Part shown: positions 52,729-59,898 of the stretch, piece after piece
Layout: each line of letters begins with the position of its first letter
Position numbering within the stretch: the stretch's first letter is position 1
IMG/VR virus record: IMGVR_UViG_3300036861_000473
Reading direction: 5' to 3' (one strand)
Source: a virus
Lineage: Duplodnaviria > Caudoviricetes
Length of the DNA: 60,029 nt
The notes under the pieces: model-generated
What the model saw: only the letters and a program-made list of their open reading frames with translations
What the model was told of the DNA's origin: nothing
Database searches by the model: none
Program-made: the position numbers and the translations under genes

Positions 52729-53000
52729 CATATCCCGAGGGCGAGCCCGGCGTGGTCGACCTCGGCGAGCGGCACTTCGCAATGGCCCTCATCACCAACG
52801 ACGCGGTCGTCGGCTATCTGTGGTGGCATGACTGCACGACGGAACCCAAGGGCTGGTCGTGGCTCGGGCAGTGGGGCGACCGTCGCTCAGGCCACCAGAT
52901 CGTGGACACAGACCCGGTCCACATCGAGCCATCCATCCTGTGCCCGCAAGGCTGCGGCGACCATGGCTTCGTCCGCGAGGGCCGCTGGGTCCCCGCCTGA
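52725..53000 (+). CDS. DUF6527-like protein, paralogue 3
   Basis: DLGERH...DPVHIEPSILCPQGCGDHGFVREGRWVPA. Confidence 0.75.
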   Translation: MTYPEGEPGVVDLGERHFAMALITNDAVVGYLWWHDCTTEPKGWSWLGQWGDRRSGHQIVDTDPVHIEPSILCPQGCGDHGFVREGRWVPA

Positions 53001-53014
53001 GAAGGGAGGGCATC

Positions 53015-53404
53015 ATGGACACCCCGAGCAGACGCCCGGAGCCGCTCCGCGCCCGGGCGCTCATCGTCGCCACGGCCGCCGCCGCCATCCACATCCTGGC
53101 CGTCAAAGGCTGGATTCCCGCCCTGAGCGATAACAGCGAGCAGGCGGCCGCGGCCGGCGTGGTCGACGTGGTCGGCGCGCTGGCCACCTGGTGGCTTGCC
53201 CGCTCGCACGTCACCCCGACGTCGGATCCGCGCTCCAGCGACGGCAAGCGGCTGGTGGTGGCCGGCTCGGAGAGCCCGCCGGCGGCGAGTCGAATCGCCG
53301 AGCAGCAGCCACCGCGACCCAAGCGTGGGGGCTACTCGTCCGGTGCGACGCGGGCCAGCGACCTGCCACCGCCCCCACCTGACCCAGGCAAGCCCAGCCC
53401 CTGA
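53015..53404 (+). CDS. Holin-like membrane protein
   Basis: EP...two hydrophobic helices...RSHVTPTSDPR; AAGGGAGG RBS. Confidence 0.68.
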   Translation: MDTPSRRPEPLRARALIVATAAAAIHILAVKGWIPALSDNSEQAAAAGVVDVVGALATWWLARSHVTPTSDPRSSDGKRLVVAGSESPPAASRIAEQQPPRPKRGGYSSGATRASDLPPPPPDPGKPSP

Positions 53405-53532
53405 CGGTAGAATCCGACCGCCACGGCTAGGCCATGGCTGGAGCCCCGGTGTCCGGGCGCACAGCGCCCCTGCCCTTCACGGGTGGAGGCGCTGCTGCTG
53501 TTAGAATCCTCGGCAGAATCGCCAAAGAGGGG

Positions 53533-53710
53533 GGCCACCATACCGCCGGGTCCTACCCGGGCTGGTGGTGGCCACGCTGAGAGAACGGTCGTTCAGGCGA
53601 GCTGCCCGCCGATCCTGACTCGCCGGGGATGGTGGGCCTGCCCGGCACCAGTGGGTGCCCGGTCGACAAGCTACGAGTGGCGAGGGGCGGCCGATCGAGC
53701 AGTCTCAGCA
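53533..53710 (+). ncRNA. Putative structured non-coding RNA
   Basis: Hairpin GGCCACCA...TGGTGGCC, then a multi-branched domain closed by GCTGAGA/TCTCAGC; TAGAAT upstream; terminator downstream. Confidence 0.45.
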
Positions 53711-53729
53711 CCCCGCCCACGAGAAAGAC

Positions 53730-53766
53730 AACGAGCGCCCCACCTTTTCGGGTGGGGCGCTCGTTG
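53730..53766. terminator. Intrinsic terminator-like hairpin
   Basis: AACGAGCGCCCCACC-loop-GGTGGGGCGCTCGTT. Confidence 0.7.
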
Positions 53767-53788
53767 GCGTTCGGGCTAGAATCTGGTC

Positions 53789-53863
53789 CGGCCCGTAGGG
53801 CAGGCTGGCCAGCCCGCTGGGTTCATAACCCAGAGGTCGAGGGTTCAAATCCCTCCGGGCCCA
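53789..53863 (+). tRNA. tRNA-Met(CAT), initiator type
   Basis: Cloverleaf: C1xC72 mismatch, GGCCCG/CGGGCC, D stem GGGC/GCCC, anticodon stem CTGGG/CCCAG with loop TTCATAA, T arm GAGGG-TTCAAAT-CCCTC; no encoded CCA. Confidence 0.88.
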
Positions 53864-53876
53864 CGACAACCAAATA

Positions 53877-53911
53877 GAGGAAGCGCCCCGGTCCCCACCG
53901 GGGCGCTTCTC
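53877..53911. terminator. Hairpin between tRNA and convergent operon
   Basis: GAAGCGCCCCGGT-CCCC-ACCGGGGCGCTTC. Confidence 0.7.
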
Positions 53912-53947
53912 ACGTTGCCTACTCGGCGGGCCGGTTGGGCTGCTCGC

Positions 53948-54145
53948 TCATGGTGTGCCTTCGGGGAGGTCGAACTCGCTGGCTTTCACCCCTGCCACGA
54001 ACGAGGCCCACTCCGCCGTGGTGAAGGCCAGGCGGGGCCCGCAGGGGTCTTTCGAGTCGCGCATGAGGACCACTGGCGGTTCGATGGCGACCTCCACGCA
54101 GCCGTTGCTGGCACTCCGCGAACTCTTCCGCCACTTCTCGGTCAT
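53948..54145 (-). CDS. DUF397 domain protein
   Basis: WRKSSRS..NGCVEVA...RDSKDP.GPRLAFTTAEWASFVAGVK. Confidence 0.92.
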   Translation of the reverse strand: MTEKWRKSSRSASNGCVEVAIEPPVVLMRDSKDPCGPRLAFTTAEWASFVAGVKASEFDLPEGTP

Positions 54146-54203
54146 GACCGGCCCTCGGTCGGGCTGATTCACCGGGTGCCTCTCCCCCATCGCTCTCCCC
54201 CAT

Positions 54204-54938
54204 CTACCTGCGGTGGTTCCCGTTGGTCGAGATCCCCCGTTCGGACTTCACCTCGGCGAGGGCTTTGGACGCCCATGAACGGTCCATGGTGATGCCCTCT
54301 GCCTTCAATTCTTTCATGACGCTCGAGTCGGTCGTCCTGGCGAGTGCCGTGTCCGACTTGAGACGGAGTTTCGCACGCGCAAACTCCGCAACCGACAGGT
54401 GTCCTGTTTGGCCGGCTTGCGGAGACGTCGGCCTGCGGATCTGCGCGGCCAACCGCCCCGGCACCTCACGAACCGGCGGAATCTCACCCGGGTCGAAGCC
54501 CATCAGGTGCGAGGTCCACCGGCAGATCGCCACAAGCACGTTGAACGCGAGAATCATCAGCACCGGGGGAAGCGCCGCGATCAGCATTCCCACCTTGTCA
54601 CTGCCGGCATGCAGGATGTTGATCCAGATGCTACCAACCGCACAGATCGTCATGATCGTCAGCGGCCCGAACGGGTAGCGGCTGATCTTGCGCGGATCCG
54701 GCGCCAATGGCCGCAACGCCACCGCGACGATCGCGGCGAATTCGGCGATCAGAAACCCGGCGTCCAGGATGAGCGGATAGACCTTGGCGGCCTTGGCGGA
54801 ATAGTGCCCGTGCGCGAGCACAAGATGGTAGGCGGCGTCGTAGCTCAATGCGACCGCCACGGCCGCAAGGCCGGCGGTGAGCACGGCCGCGCTGATGATG
54901 CCGACCTTGGCCAGCGGCGGGAAGTCGATCCACTGCAT
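54204..54938 (-). CDS. DUF2637-like / SpdA-like membrane protein with C-terminal HTH-like region
   Basis: ALSYDA...YPLILDA...SIWINILHA...IAALPPV; four TM helices. Confidence 0.75.
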   Translation of the reverse strand: MQWIDFPPLAKVGIISAAVLTAGLAAVAVALSYDAAYHLVLAHGHYSAKAAKVYPLILDAGFLIAEFAAIVAVALRPLAPDPRKISRYPFGPLTIMTICAVGSIWINILHAGSDKVGMLIAALPPVLMILAFNVLVAICRWTSHLMGFDPGEIPPVREVPGRLAAQIRRPTSPQAGQTGHLSVAEFARAKLRLKSDTALARTTDSSVMKELKAEGITMDRSWASKALAEVKSERGISTNGNHRR

Positions 54939-54943
54939 TCTGG

Positions 54944-55432
54944 CTACCTCCTTCTGGTCGTGGTGGTGGGCGGGCTGGTGGTGGGGGAGTGCTGCTTGAC
55001 CCAGGCGTTGGCCTGGTCGCGCAGATGGGTGAGCCAGGTCTGGATGGGACGGGTGAGGTCGGCAAGGTCGAGTGCCTGTGCCGGCGCGGGCGCGGCGGCG
55101 GCCGGCTTCGGTTTGGCGTCGGCCGGCTGTTGGGGGTGCGGCTGCGCGACGGTCAGCGTCACCACCGTGGCGATAATGACCACCAAGGCATATTCGGAGA
55201 GGGCGCGCAGGAGCGCACGCAACCCGCCGTTGGCGTGGTAGCTGCCGAGGATCGTCACGACCAGCCAGCCCAGCCCGATCACCAGCCAGCCGCCAAGCGT
55301 GCGGGTCAGCCCGATCGCCCCGCCGGCGGCGGCCAGGGCCAACACGAGGATGGCGTGGCGGAGCAGCCGCCGATGGCTGGCCTTTTCGGGGAACAGGGGA
55401 GTGGTGTTGATCTGGGATTGGCGGGTGGCCAT
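54944..55432 (-). CDS. Multi-pass membrane protein (Spd-like)
   Basis: Three hydrophobic segments; GGAGG RBS. Confidence 0.65.
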   Translation of the reverse strand: MATRQSQINTTPLFPEKASHRRLLRHAILVLALAAAGGAIGLTRTLGGWLVIGLGWLVVTILGSYHANGGLRALLRALSEYALVVIIATVVTLTVAQPHPQQPADAKPKPAAAAPAPAQALDLADLTRPIQTWLTHLRDQANAWVKQHSPTTSPPTTTTRRR

Positions 55433-55530
55433 CAGGACCTCCAACGGGGGAGCAGAACCCGCAGTGCCTGGCCGATGGCGAGGCCGATGGCGACAGCTGC
55501 GGCGAGATCGAGCGGGCTGAACCGGGTCAC
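55432..55530 (-). CDS. Small membrane peptide
   Basis: AGGAGG RBS; coupled on both sides. Confidence 0.55.
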   Translation of the reverse strand: MTRFSPLDLAAAVAIGLAIGQALRVLLPRWRS

Positions 55531-56084
55531 GGGTGCCTCCTCTGGTAGGAGCGGGCAAAGCCCAGGACCTGGCGGACGTACCACCAGGCGTGGTTGTAGG
55601 CGTAGATCGCTTGGCTGATGTTGCGTGGGGCGCCGTTGGCGCACAGCAGCCGCGCCGCCGCAGGGATCGCGTCGGCGGGGTCGTACACGTTGCCGCCCCG
55701 GCCGTAGGCATCCCACGTCGAGGGCGGACCGTTGCGGATGTTGAACTGCATCGGCCCCGAGCAGCAGCCGAACCGGTTGACCCCGGAGACGACGCCCGGA
55801 GCACGCGAGCGCCCATGGTTGGTTTCGACCTTCCCGATGCCGGCCAGCACCGCCCAGGACAGGCCCGGGCAGGCGTGGGCGCCCCGCTGGTACAGCACCA
55901 GGTAGGCCGGCGGGATGTCCGCCCGGCCGGTCGAGCTCGCCGCCGCCGGCGTCGGCGCTGGCGGGGGAGTGCGACGGTGGTGGGGTGTGGCGGCTTCCGC
56001 GGCAGGCTTGGCGCCCACCGCCAGCAGCACCAGGAACAGCATCAGCCACGGCCCCTCACCGCGGTGGTCGTCGCGGCGGCCCAT
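55527..56084 (-). CDS. Secreted lytic transglycosylase (SLT family)
   Basis: IPPAYL..Y...LSWAVLAGIGKVETNHG...GPMQF...TW...DPADAIPAAARLL...AIYAYNH...YV. Confidence 0.88.
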   Translation of the reverse strand: MGRRDDHRGEGPWLMLFLVLLAVGAKPAAEAATPHHRRTPPPAPTPAAASSTGRADIPPAYLVLYQRGAHACPGLSWAVLAGIGKVETNHGRSRAPGVVSGVNRFGCCSGPMQFNIRNGPPSTWDAYGRGGNVYDPADAIPAAARLLCANGAPRNISQAIYAYNHAWWYVRQVLGFARSYQRRHP

Positions 56085-56293
56085 CAGGCCACCTCACGCC
56101 ACCGCGGTGGCGGCTCCAGCTGCTCTCCCCGGCAGTCCGCGCACAGCCACCGGTCGCCGACCGGCCACAGCCGCCCCTCACCCAAGCATCCGTCGCACGG
56201 CTGCTCCAACAGGGACTGGCACCACGCCTCGACCTGGGCGTCCAGCGTGGGCCTGGCCGCGCGTGGCGGCAGGGTGGGACGATGCAGCGGCAT
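56084..56293 (-). CDS. Small zinc-ribbon protein
   Basis: CDGC...WLCADC; GGAGGT RBS; TGATG coupling. Confidence 0.6.
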   Translation of the reverse strand: MPLHRPTLPPRAARPTLDAQVEAWCQSLLEQPCDGCLGEGRLWPVGDRWLCADCRGEQLEPPPRWREVA

Positions 56294-56314
56294 TGGAGCG
56301 CAACCTCCGATGCG

Positions 56315-56352
56315 AAAGAAGCCCGGGCGGGAGATGGCACCTCCCGCCCGGG
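56315..56352 (-). terminator. Terminator/attenuator in the leader of the leftward operon
   Basis: CCCGGGCGGGAG-N7-CTCCCGCCCGGG followed by CTTCTTT on the minus strand. Confidence 0.6.
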
Positions 56353-56453
56353 TCGGTTTTGGAACGGGTTGCGGCGCACCCGCCTCGGATGCGCCCGCTA
56401 TGCAGTTGTCCGCAGAAGCATCGCGTGAGCTCTGCGCCGCCCCTCACCGGCGC

Positions 56454-56543
56454 GTCTAGGGCCTACTAGATTTCGCGGGTCAGAATACGATCTCCCCACG
56501 CTCGCGTCCAGTGCCCTCTAGACAAACCGGGTATGCTGTGCGC
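56454..56543. promoter_or_regulatory. Divergent promoters with two 18-bp operators
   Basis: GTCTAG-N6-CTAGAT (56454-56471) and GTCCAG-N6-CTAGAC (56506-56523); leftward TGGACG-N17-TATTCT; rightward TATGCT 6 nt before ATG. Confidence 0.68.
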
Positions 56544-56858
56544 ATGCCCAACCATGACCAGGTCGCCAGGCAGATCGCCGAAGCGCTGGAGGGACTCCAG
56601 GGCGCATTCCAAGCGGTCGAGCAGGTCACCGACCCGCAACAGGCGTTCGAGTTGGCCACCGAGCTCGTCGATGATCTCGGCCGGCTGGAAGGACAGGCCG
56701 CTGATCTGCGTGCCCGCCAGGTTGGCAGGATCTGGGCGAGCGAGACGATGACCCTGGAAGTGCTGGCGCAGCGGATCAGCGTCCGCAAGGCCCGCGCCGG
56801 CCAGCTCAAGCAGCGCGCGCTGGAGCTGGCCAACCGCCCGGAAGGAGAGCAGCCATGA
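56544..56858 (+). CDS. Putative HTH repressor (Kor-like), leaderless
   Basis: MTLEVLAQRISVRKARAGQL at C-terminus; adjacent to operators. Confidence 0.68.
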   Translation: MPNHDQVARQIAEALEGLQGAFQAVEQVTDPQQAFELATELVDDLGRLEGQAADLRARQVGRIWASETMTLEVLAQRISVRKARAGQLKQRALELANRPEGEQP

Positions 56859-57478
56859 CGGAGCACATCGGTCCCTGGCATGAGGTGCCCAACCCGAACG
56901 GGTGGGTGGACCCGGAAGCGGCCGACCTTCCGATCGGCGATGACGAGCCGGCAGGCGTGCTCGGTGAGGTGTGGCCGCTCACCATCGACCCGACCATCCC
57001 CGCCGAACAGGCGGGGATCTGGCTGTGTAGCGGCACGCTGCCGTGGACGACGCCATTCAAGAAGCAGGGTGTGCGGCTGCACGACCTGATCGTCCGGGAG
57101 CTTACCCGCCGGGACATCCCCGTCCGCCCCACCACGCCGCTGCACCAGACCTCCGATCGGGACATTGGCATCGGCGTGGTACACACCTACATGGCGGTCA
57201 TTCCCTGCGACGGGCCGGTCCGGGCCCGCTGGCCGCTCGCGCTGCCGGTCTCCACCCAGCTCGCCGCGATGGTCGGCCCGCCCCCCACCCATGCCTCCGG
57301 GGAGCGCCCACAACCGCGGGACTGGGATGTCCTGATCCATGGCCTCGGCCACCTGCACCGGCTCTACAACACCAACGCCACCTTCCGCCGCGACTTGGCG
57401 CCAGCGTTCGCATTCCATCTGGGGGAGTGGGAGGAGACGCTGTTCCAGCAGTTCGAGCGGGTCCACGGCACGACGTGA
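56855..57478 (+). CDS. Hypothetical protein, possibly degenerate Nudix-like fold
   Basis: LHQTSDR...HTYMAV...DVLIHGLGHL; ATGA-coupled to repressor. Confidence 0.55.
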   Translation: MTEHIGPWHEVPNPNGWVDPEAADLPIGDDEPAGVLGEVWPLTIDPTIPAEQAGIWLCSGTLPWTTPFKKQGVRLHDLIVRELTRRDIPVRPTTPLHQTSDRDIGIGVVHTYMAVIPCDGPVRARWPLALPVSTQLAAMVGPPPTHASGERPQPRDWDVLIHGLGHLHRLYNTNATFRRDLAPAFAFHLGEWEETLFQQFERVHGTT

Positions 57479-57503
57479 GCGACCGCCCGACGGCGGTGAC
57501 GCC

Positions 57504-57971
57504 ATGAGCGACCCGGCGCCGCTGCCCGCCGGCCCGGTCGACCGGGAGTGGGCGGAGCTCGCCCTCAACGTCTGCCAGTCCGCCTGGGAGCACGACCTGG
57601 CCGGCTGCGGCGACGAGCTGTCCCGCAGGGTCCTACGGGTGACGCTGGCCGCGCTGCGCCGCTACGAGCTGCGCACCGGCCAGCAGCGGCTCACCCACCC
57701 CTCGCTCGTCCGGCGCACCCCAGACGGTCGCCTGCCCGATCCTGGCATGGCCGTGCTGTGCGCCAGCTGCGACCAGCCACGCCAGGCGCATGGTGGCCGC
57801 CGGCATCTTGGCGCCTGCCCAGGACATGAGGGCCTGCATGCGCAACGATTCAGCCGGGTGGCCGTGGCTGCGCACTCTGAAGCGGTATCGGACCCCGGCA
57901 GCCCTGGGGACCACAACCCGACCGTCGACCCGAGTGTCACCGACCACCCGCCGCTACATCCTAGAATCTAG
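57504..57971 (+). CDS. Hypothetical protein
   Basis: CASC..PRQAH...C motif. Confidence 0.55.
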   Translation: MSDPAPLPAGPVDREWAELALNVCQSAWEHDLAGCGDELSRRVLRVTLAALRRYELRTGQQRLTHPSLVRRTPDGRLPDPGMAVLCASCDQPRQAHGGRRHLGACPGHEGLHAQRFSRVAVAAHSEAVSDPGSPGDHNPTVDPSVTDHPPLHPRI

Positions 57972-57991
57972 CGCCGGGAGAGGAGGCCACC

Positions 57992-58201
57992 ATGTCGCGT
58001 CCCGCGTTATGGCTGCTGCTCCTGATGGGCCTGTGCTTCTGGGTACTCGCCGCGCTCGTCCTGCCAGGCATCCTGCAGGTCGTCATGCTTGGTCGCGGCA
58101 AGGTGGTTTGGCTGGAGCTCTGCATCACCGTCGCCTACGGGATGTGGGGATGCGCGGCCTTCTGGGTCGCCATCCGACGGCTGGCCCGGGGGAGCCGCTA
58201 G
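57992..58201 (+). CDS. Small two-TM membrane protein
   Basis: AGGAGG RBS; TAGAAT upstream. Confidence 0.65.
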   Translation: MSRPALWLLLLMGLCFWVLAALVLPGILQVVMLGRGKVVWLELCITVAYGMWGCAAFWVAIRRLARGSR

Positions 58202-58479
58202 TCTCCCCCGGCGGGGGAGTGGCGGCGGCGCAGCCACTGCGAGAGCACATACTCCATGCCGGTCAGCTCGTTGGGCTGCGGGGTGCCGTCCCGTTCCATC
58301 ACGGCGGAAACCGCCATCATGCCCGCCAGTGCCGCCCGGGCCTGCGCGATGTCGTCCAGGTCGGTGTCGTAGGCTTTCAGGCAGTCGCGGAGGAGGGCGA
58401 CACCCTCGTCGAAGAAGCGCGCCTCGGCCGGGGTGGCGGGCGTCCCGGCGTCCTCGATGCACTGGTCGAGCAGGTTCAT
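58198..58479 (-). CDS. Hypothetical protein
   Basis: ATGA-coupled. Confidence 0.6.
   Translation of the reverse strand: MNLLDQCIEDAGTPATPAEARFFDEGVALLRDCLKAYDTDLDDIAQARAALAGMMAVSAVMERDGTPQPNELTGMEYVLSQWLRRRHSPAGGD
58203..58219. repeat. 17-bp palindrome CTCCCCC-GSC-GGGGGAG copy 1
   Basis: Also at 59222-59238 and 59515-59531. Confidence 0.75.
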
Positions 58480-58712
58480 GGCTGGTCGTGGATGACCGTG
58501 GCCGAGGTGATGTAGGGCGCCAGCTCGCGGCGCATTGCTTCCTCGGTCTCTCCGAAGAAGATCATCACATGGGGGCCGCGCTCGATCTTGAGTTGCTCTC
58601 GGAGGTCGACCGCGATCGGCTCTCCTGCCTGGAGTCGGCGGACGTTCTCGGCGCTGAGGCCGAGCCCCACAACCGTGCGGCCGTCCTTGGCGATGGTGGT
58701 GAACTTGATCAT
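58476..58712 (-). CDS. Conserved small phage protein
   Basis: GLGLSAENVRRLQAGEPI...IFFGETE; AGGAGG RBS. Confidence 0.7.
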   Translation of the reverse strand: MIKFTTIAKDGRTVVGLGLSAENVRRLQAGEPIAVDLREQLKIERGPHVMIFFGETEEAMRRELAPYITSATVIHDQP

Positions 58713-58746
58713 GGGGGAGTGCCTCCTACCAGGGCGAAAAGTCTCA

Positions 58747-58774
58747 GGTTTACATAATGTTTATTATGGGGGAG
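58747..58774 (-). other. dif-like Xer recombination site (candidate attP or resolution site)
   Basis: Minus strand CTCCCCCATAA-TAAACA-TTATGTAAACC, 11-6-11 architecture with CATAA/TTATG core. Confidence 0.72.
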
Positions 58775-59213
58775 ATGCGAGAGTGGTCTCGGCCGGCTTG
58801 AATCGACCCCCGCAGCCTGCATGCGGCGTCCCCTCGATCTGTGGGCACAGCGGGATCGTACGGTGGCCGCAGCGGTCGCAGACGAACTCGCGGTCATGCA
58901 TCTGCTCCGGCCACACTGGCACGGACTCTATGGGCGAAACACTGCCGTCCGCCTCGTAGCCCCAAGGGCTGTCATCATGCCGGTCCATATGGCAGTGAAA
59001 GCAGAGCGTGACCAGATCCTCCAACAGCTCCCTGCCGAGCCGAACATAGGTGATGTGGTGCACCTCGAGCCTATCGGCGCGGTGACACTCGGTGCACTGG
59101 TGCCCATCCCGCTCAAGCGCCAGGGCACGTTTTGCCTGCCACTCGGGGCTTTCCAGATATTCCTGGTAGCGCCAAGGCGGCAACCCAAGTTCGCCCAGCA
59201 GCTGCTCGCTCAT
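58764..59213 (-). CDS. HNH endonuclease
   Basis: YLESPEW..KR...RDGHQCTEC...LEVHHITY...DLVTLCFHCH. Confidence 0.88.
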   Translation of the reverse strand: MSEQLLGELGLPPWRYQEYLESPEWQAKRALALERDGHQCTECHRADRLEVHHITYVRLGRELLEDLVTLCFHCHMDRHDDSPWGYEADGSVSPIESVPVWPEQMHDREFVCDRCGHRTIPLCPQIEGTPHAGCGGRFKPAETTLASPP

Positions 59214-59509
59214 GGCTTGCTCTCCCCCGCCGGGGGAGTCGGCTCGCCCCAGCCCGTTTCGGGGTCGCCGACCAGCAGTCGGTACTGCTCGTTGCCTCCA
59301 GCGCCTTCGATCTCCTCCAGGGTGACGGGCACGGCCCGAGCCACCTCCTCGAAGTGGCCGGCGTGCTCGCCGAACACGGTCACCGCCCAGGTTTCGCCGC
59401 CATGCCGGTTGGGGCGGCCTTCCAGCCAATTGGCGTAGGCAGCAGTGTTGATCCACATGCGCATGCGCGCCTCGTCGGGCGCGGTGACCAGGAAGTAGCG
59501 GACGCTCAT
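59210..59509 (-). CDS. Hypothetical protein
   Basis: ATGA-coupled; GGGGAG RBS. Confidence 0.6.
   Translation of the reverse strand: MSVRYFLVTAPDEARMRMWINTAAYANWLEGRPNRHGGETWAVTVFGEHAGHFEEVARAVPVTLEEIEGAGGNEQYRLLVGDPETGWGEPTPPAGESKP
59222..59238. repeat. 17-bp palindrome copy 2
   Basis: CTCCCCCGCCGGGGGAG. Confidence 0.75.
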
Positions 59510-59859
59510 GGCCGCTCCCCCGCCGGGGGAGTGTGCCCGGGGGCGGCCGGCCGCTCGTACCGCTCGCGCACCTCCCGGGGAACGCCGGCGCTCTCGGGGA
59601 GCGGGATGCGCCCCGCCTCCTGCTCCGGCATGGTGCCGGATGCGCCGCGTGCTTCCGGTGTAGTGGTCCGCTCGAACCCGTGGGGGCCGGGCTGCTCGTA
59701 GCCGTGGGCGAGCACCATGGTGGCGGTGTCGCCCTGGTAGTGGTGCTTCAAGATCATCGCGCGGGCGGCCGCGTCGTGGCCGGGCCGGAAGAGGCTGCGC
59801 GGTGCGGTCGCTTCGCCGCAGCCGCACCAGCACCAGCCGGTCGGATAGGCCCTGTCCAT
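59506..59859 (-). CDS. CWCGCG...PGHD zinc-binding protein
   Basis: PTGWCWCGCGEAT...FRPGHDA; directly downstream of int. Confidence 0.7.
   Translation of the reverse strand: MDRAYPTGWCWCGCGEATAPRSLFRPGHDAAARAMILKHHYQGDTATMVLAHGYEQPGPHGFERTTTPEARGASGTMPEQEAGRIPLPESAGVPREVRERYERPAAPGHTPPAGERP
59515..59531. repeat. 17-bp palindrome copy 3
   Basis: CTCCCCCGCCGGGGGAG. Confidence 0.75.
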
Positions 59860-59898
59860 GCGCTCCGCTCCCTCAGCCGGGGTTCCCAGGGCGCTATC

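Noticed and set aside
53789-53863. tRNA as attP core
   Set aside because: It is a complete, divergent tRNA with its own promoter and terminator, 6 kb from int; a dif-like site is a better candidate.
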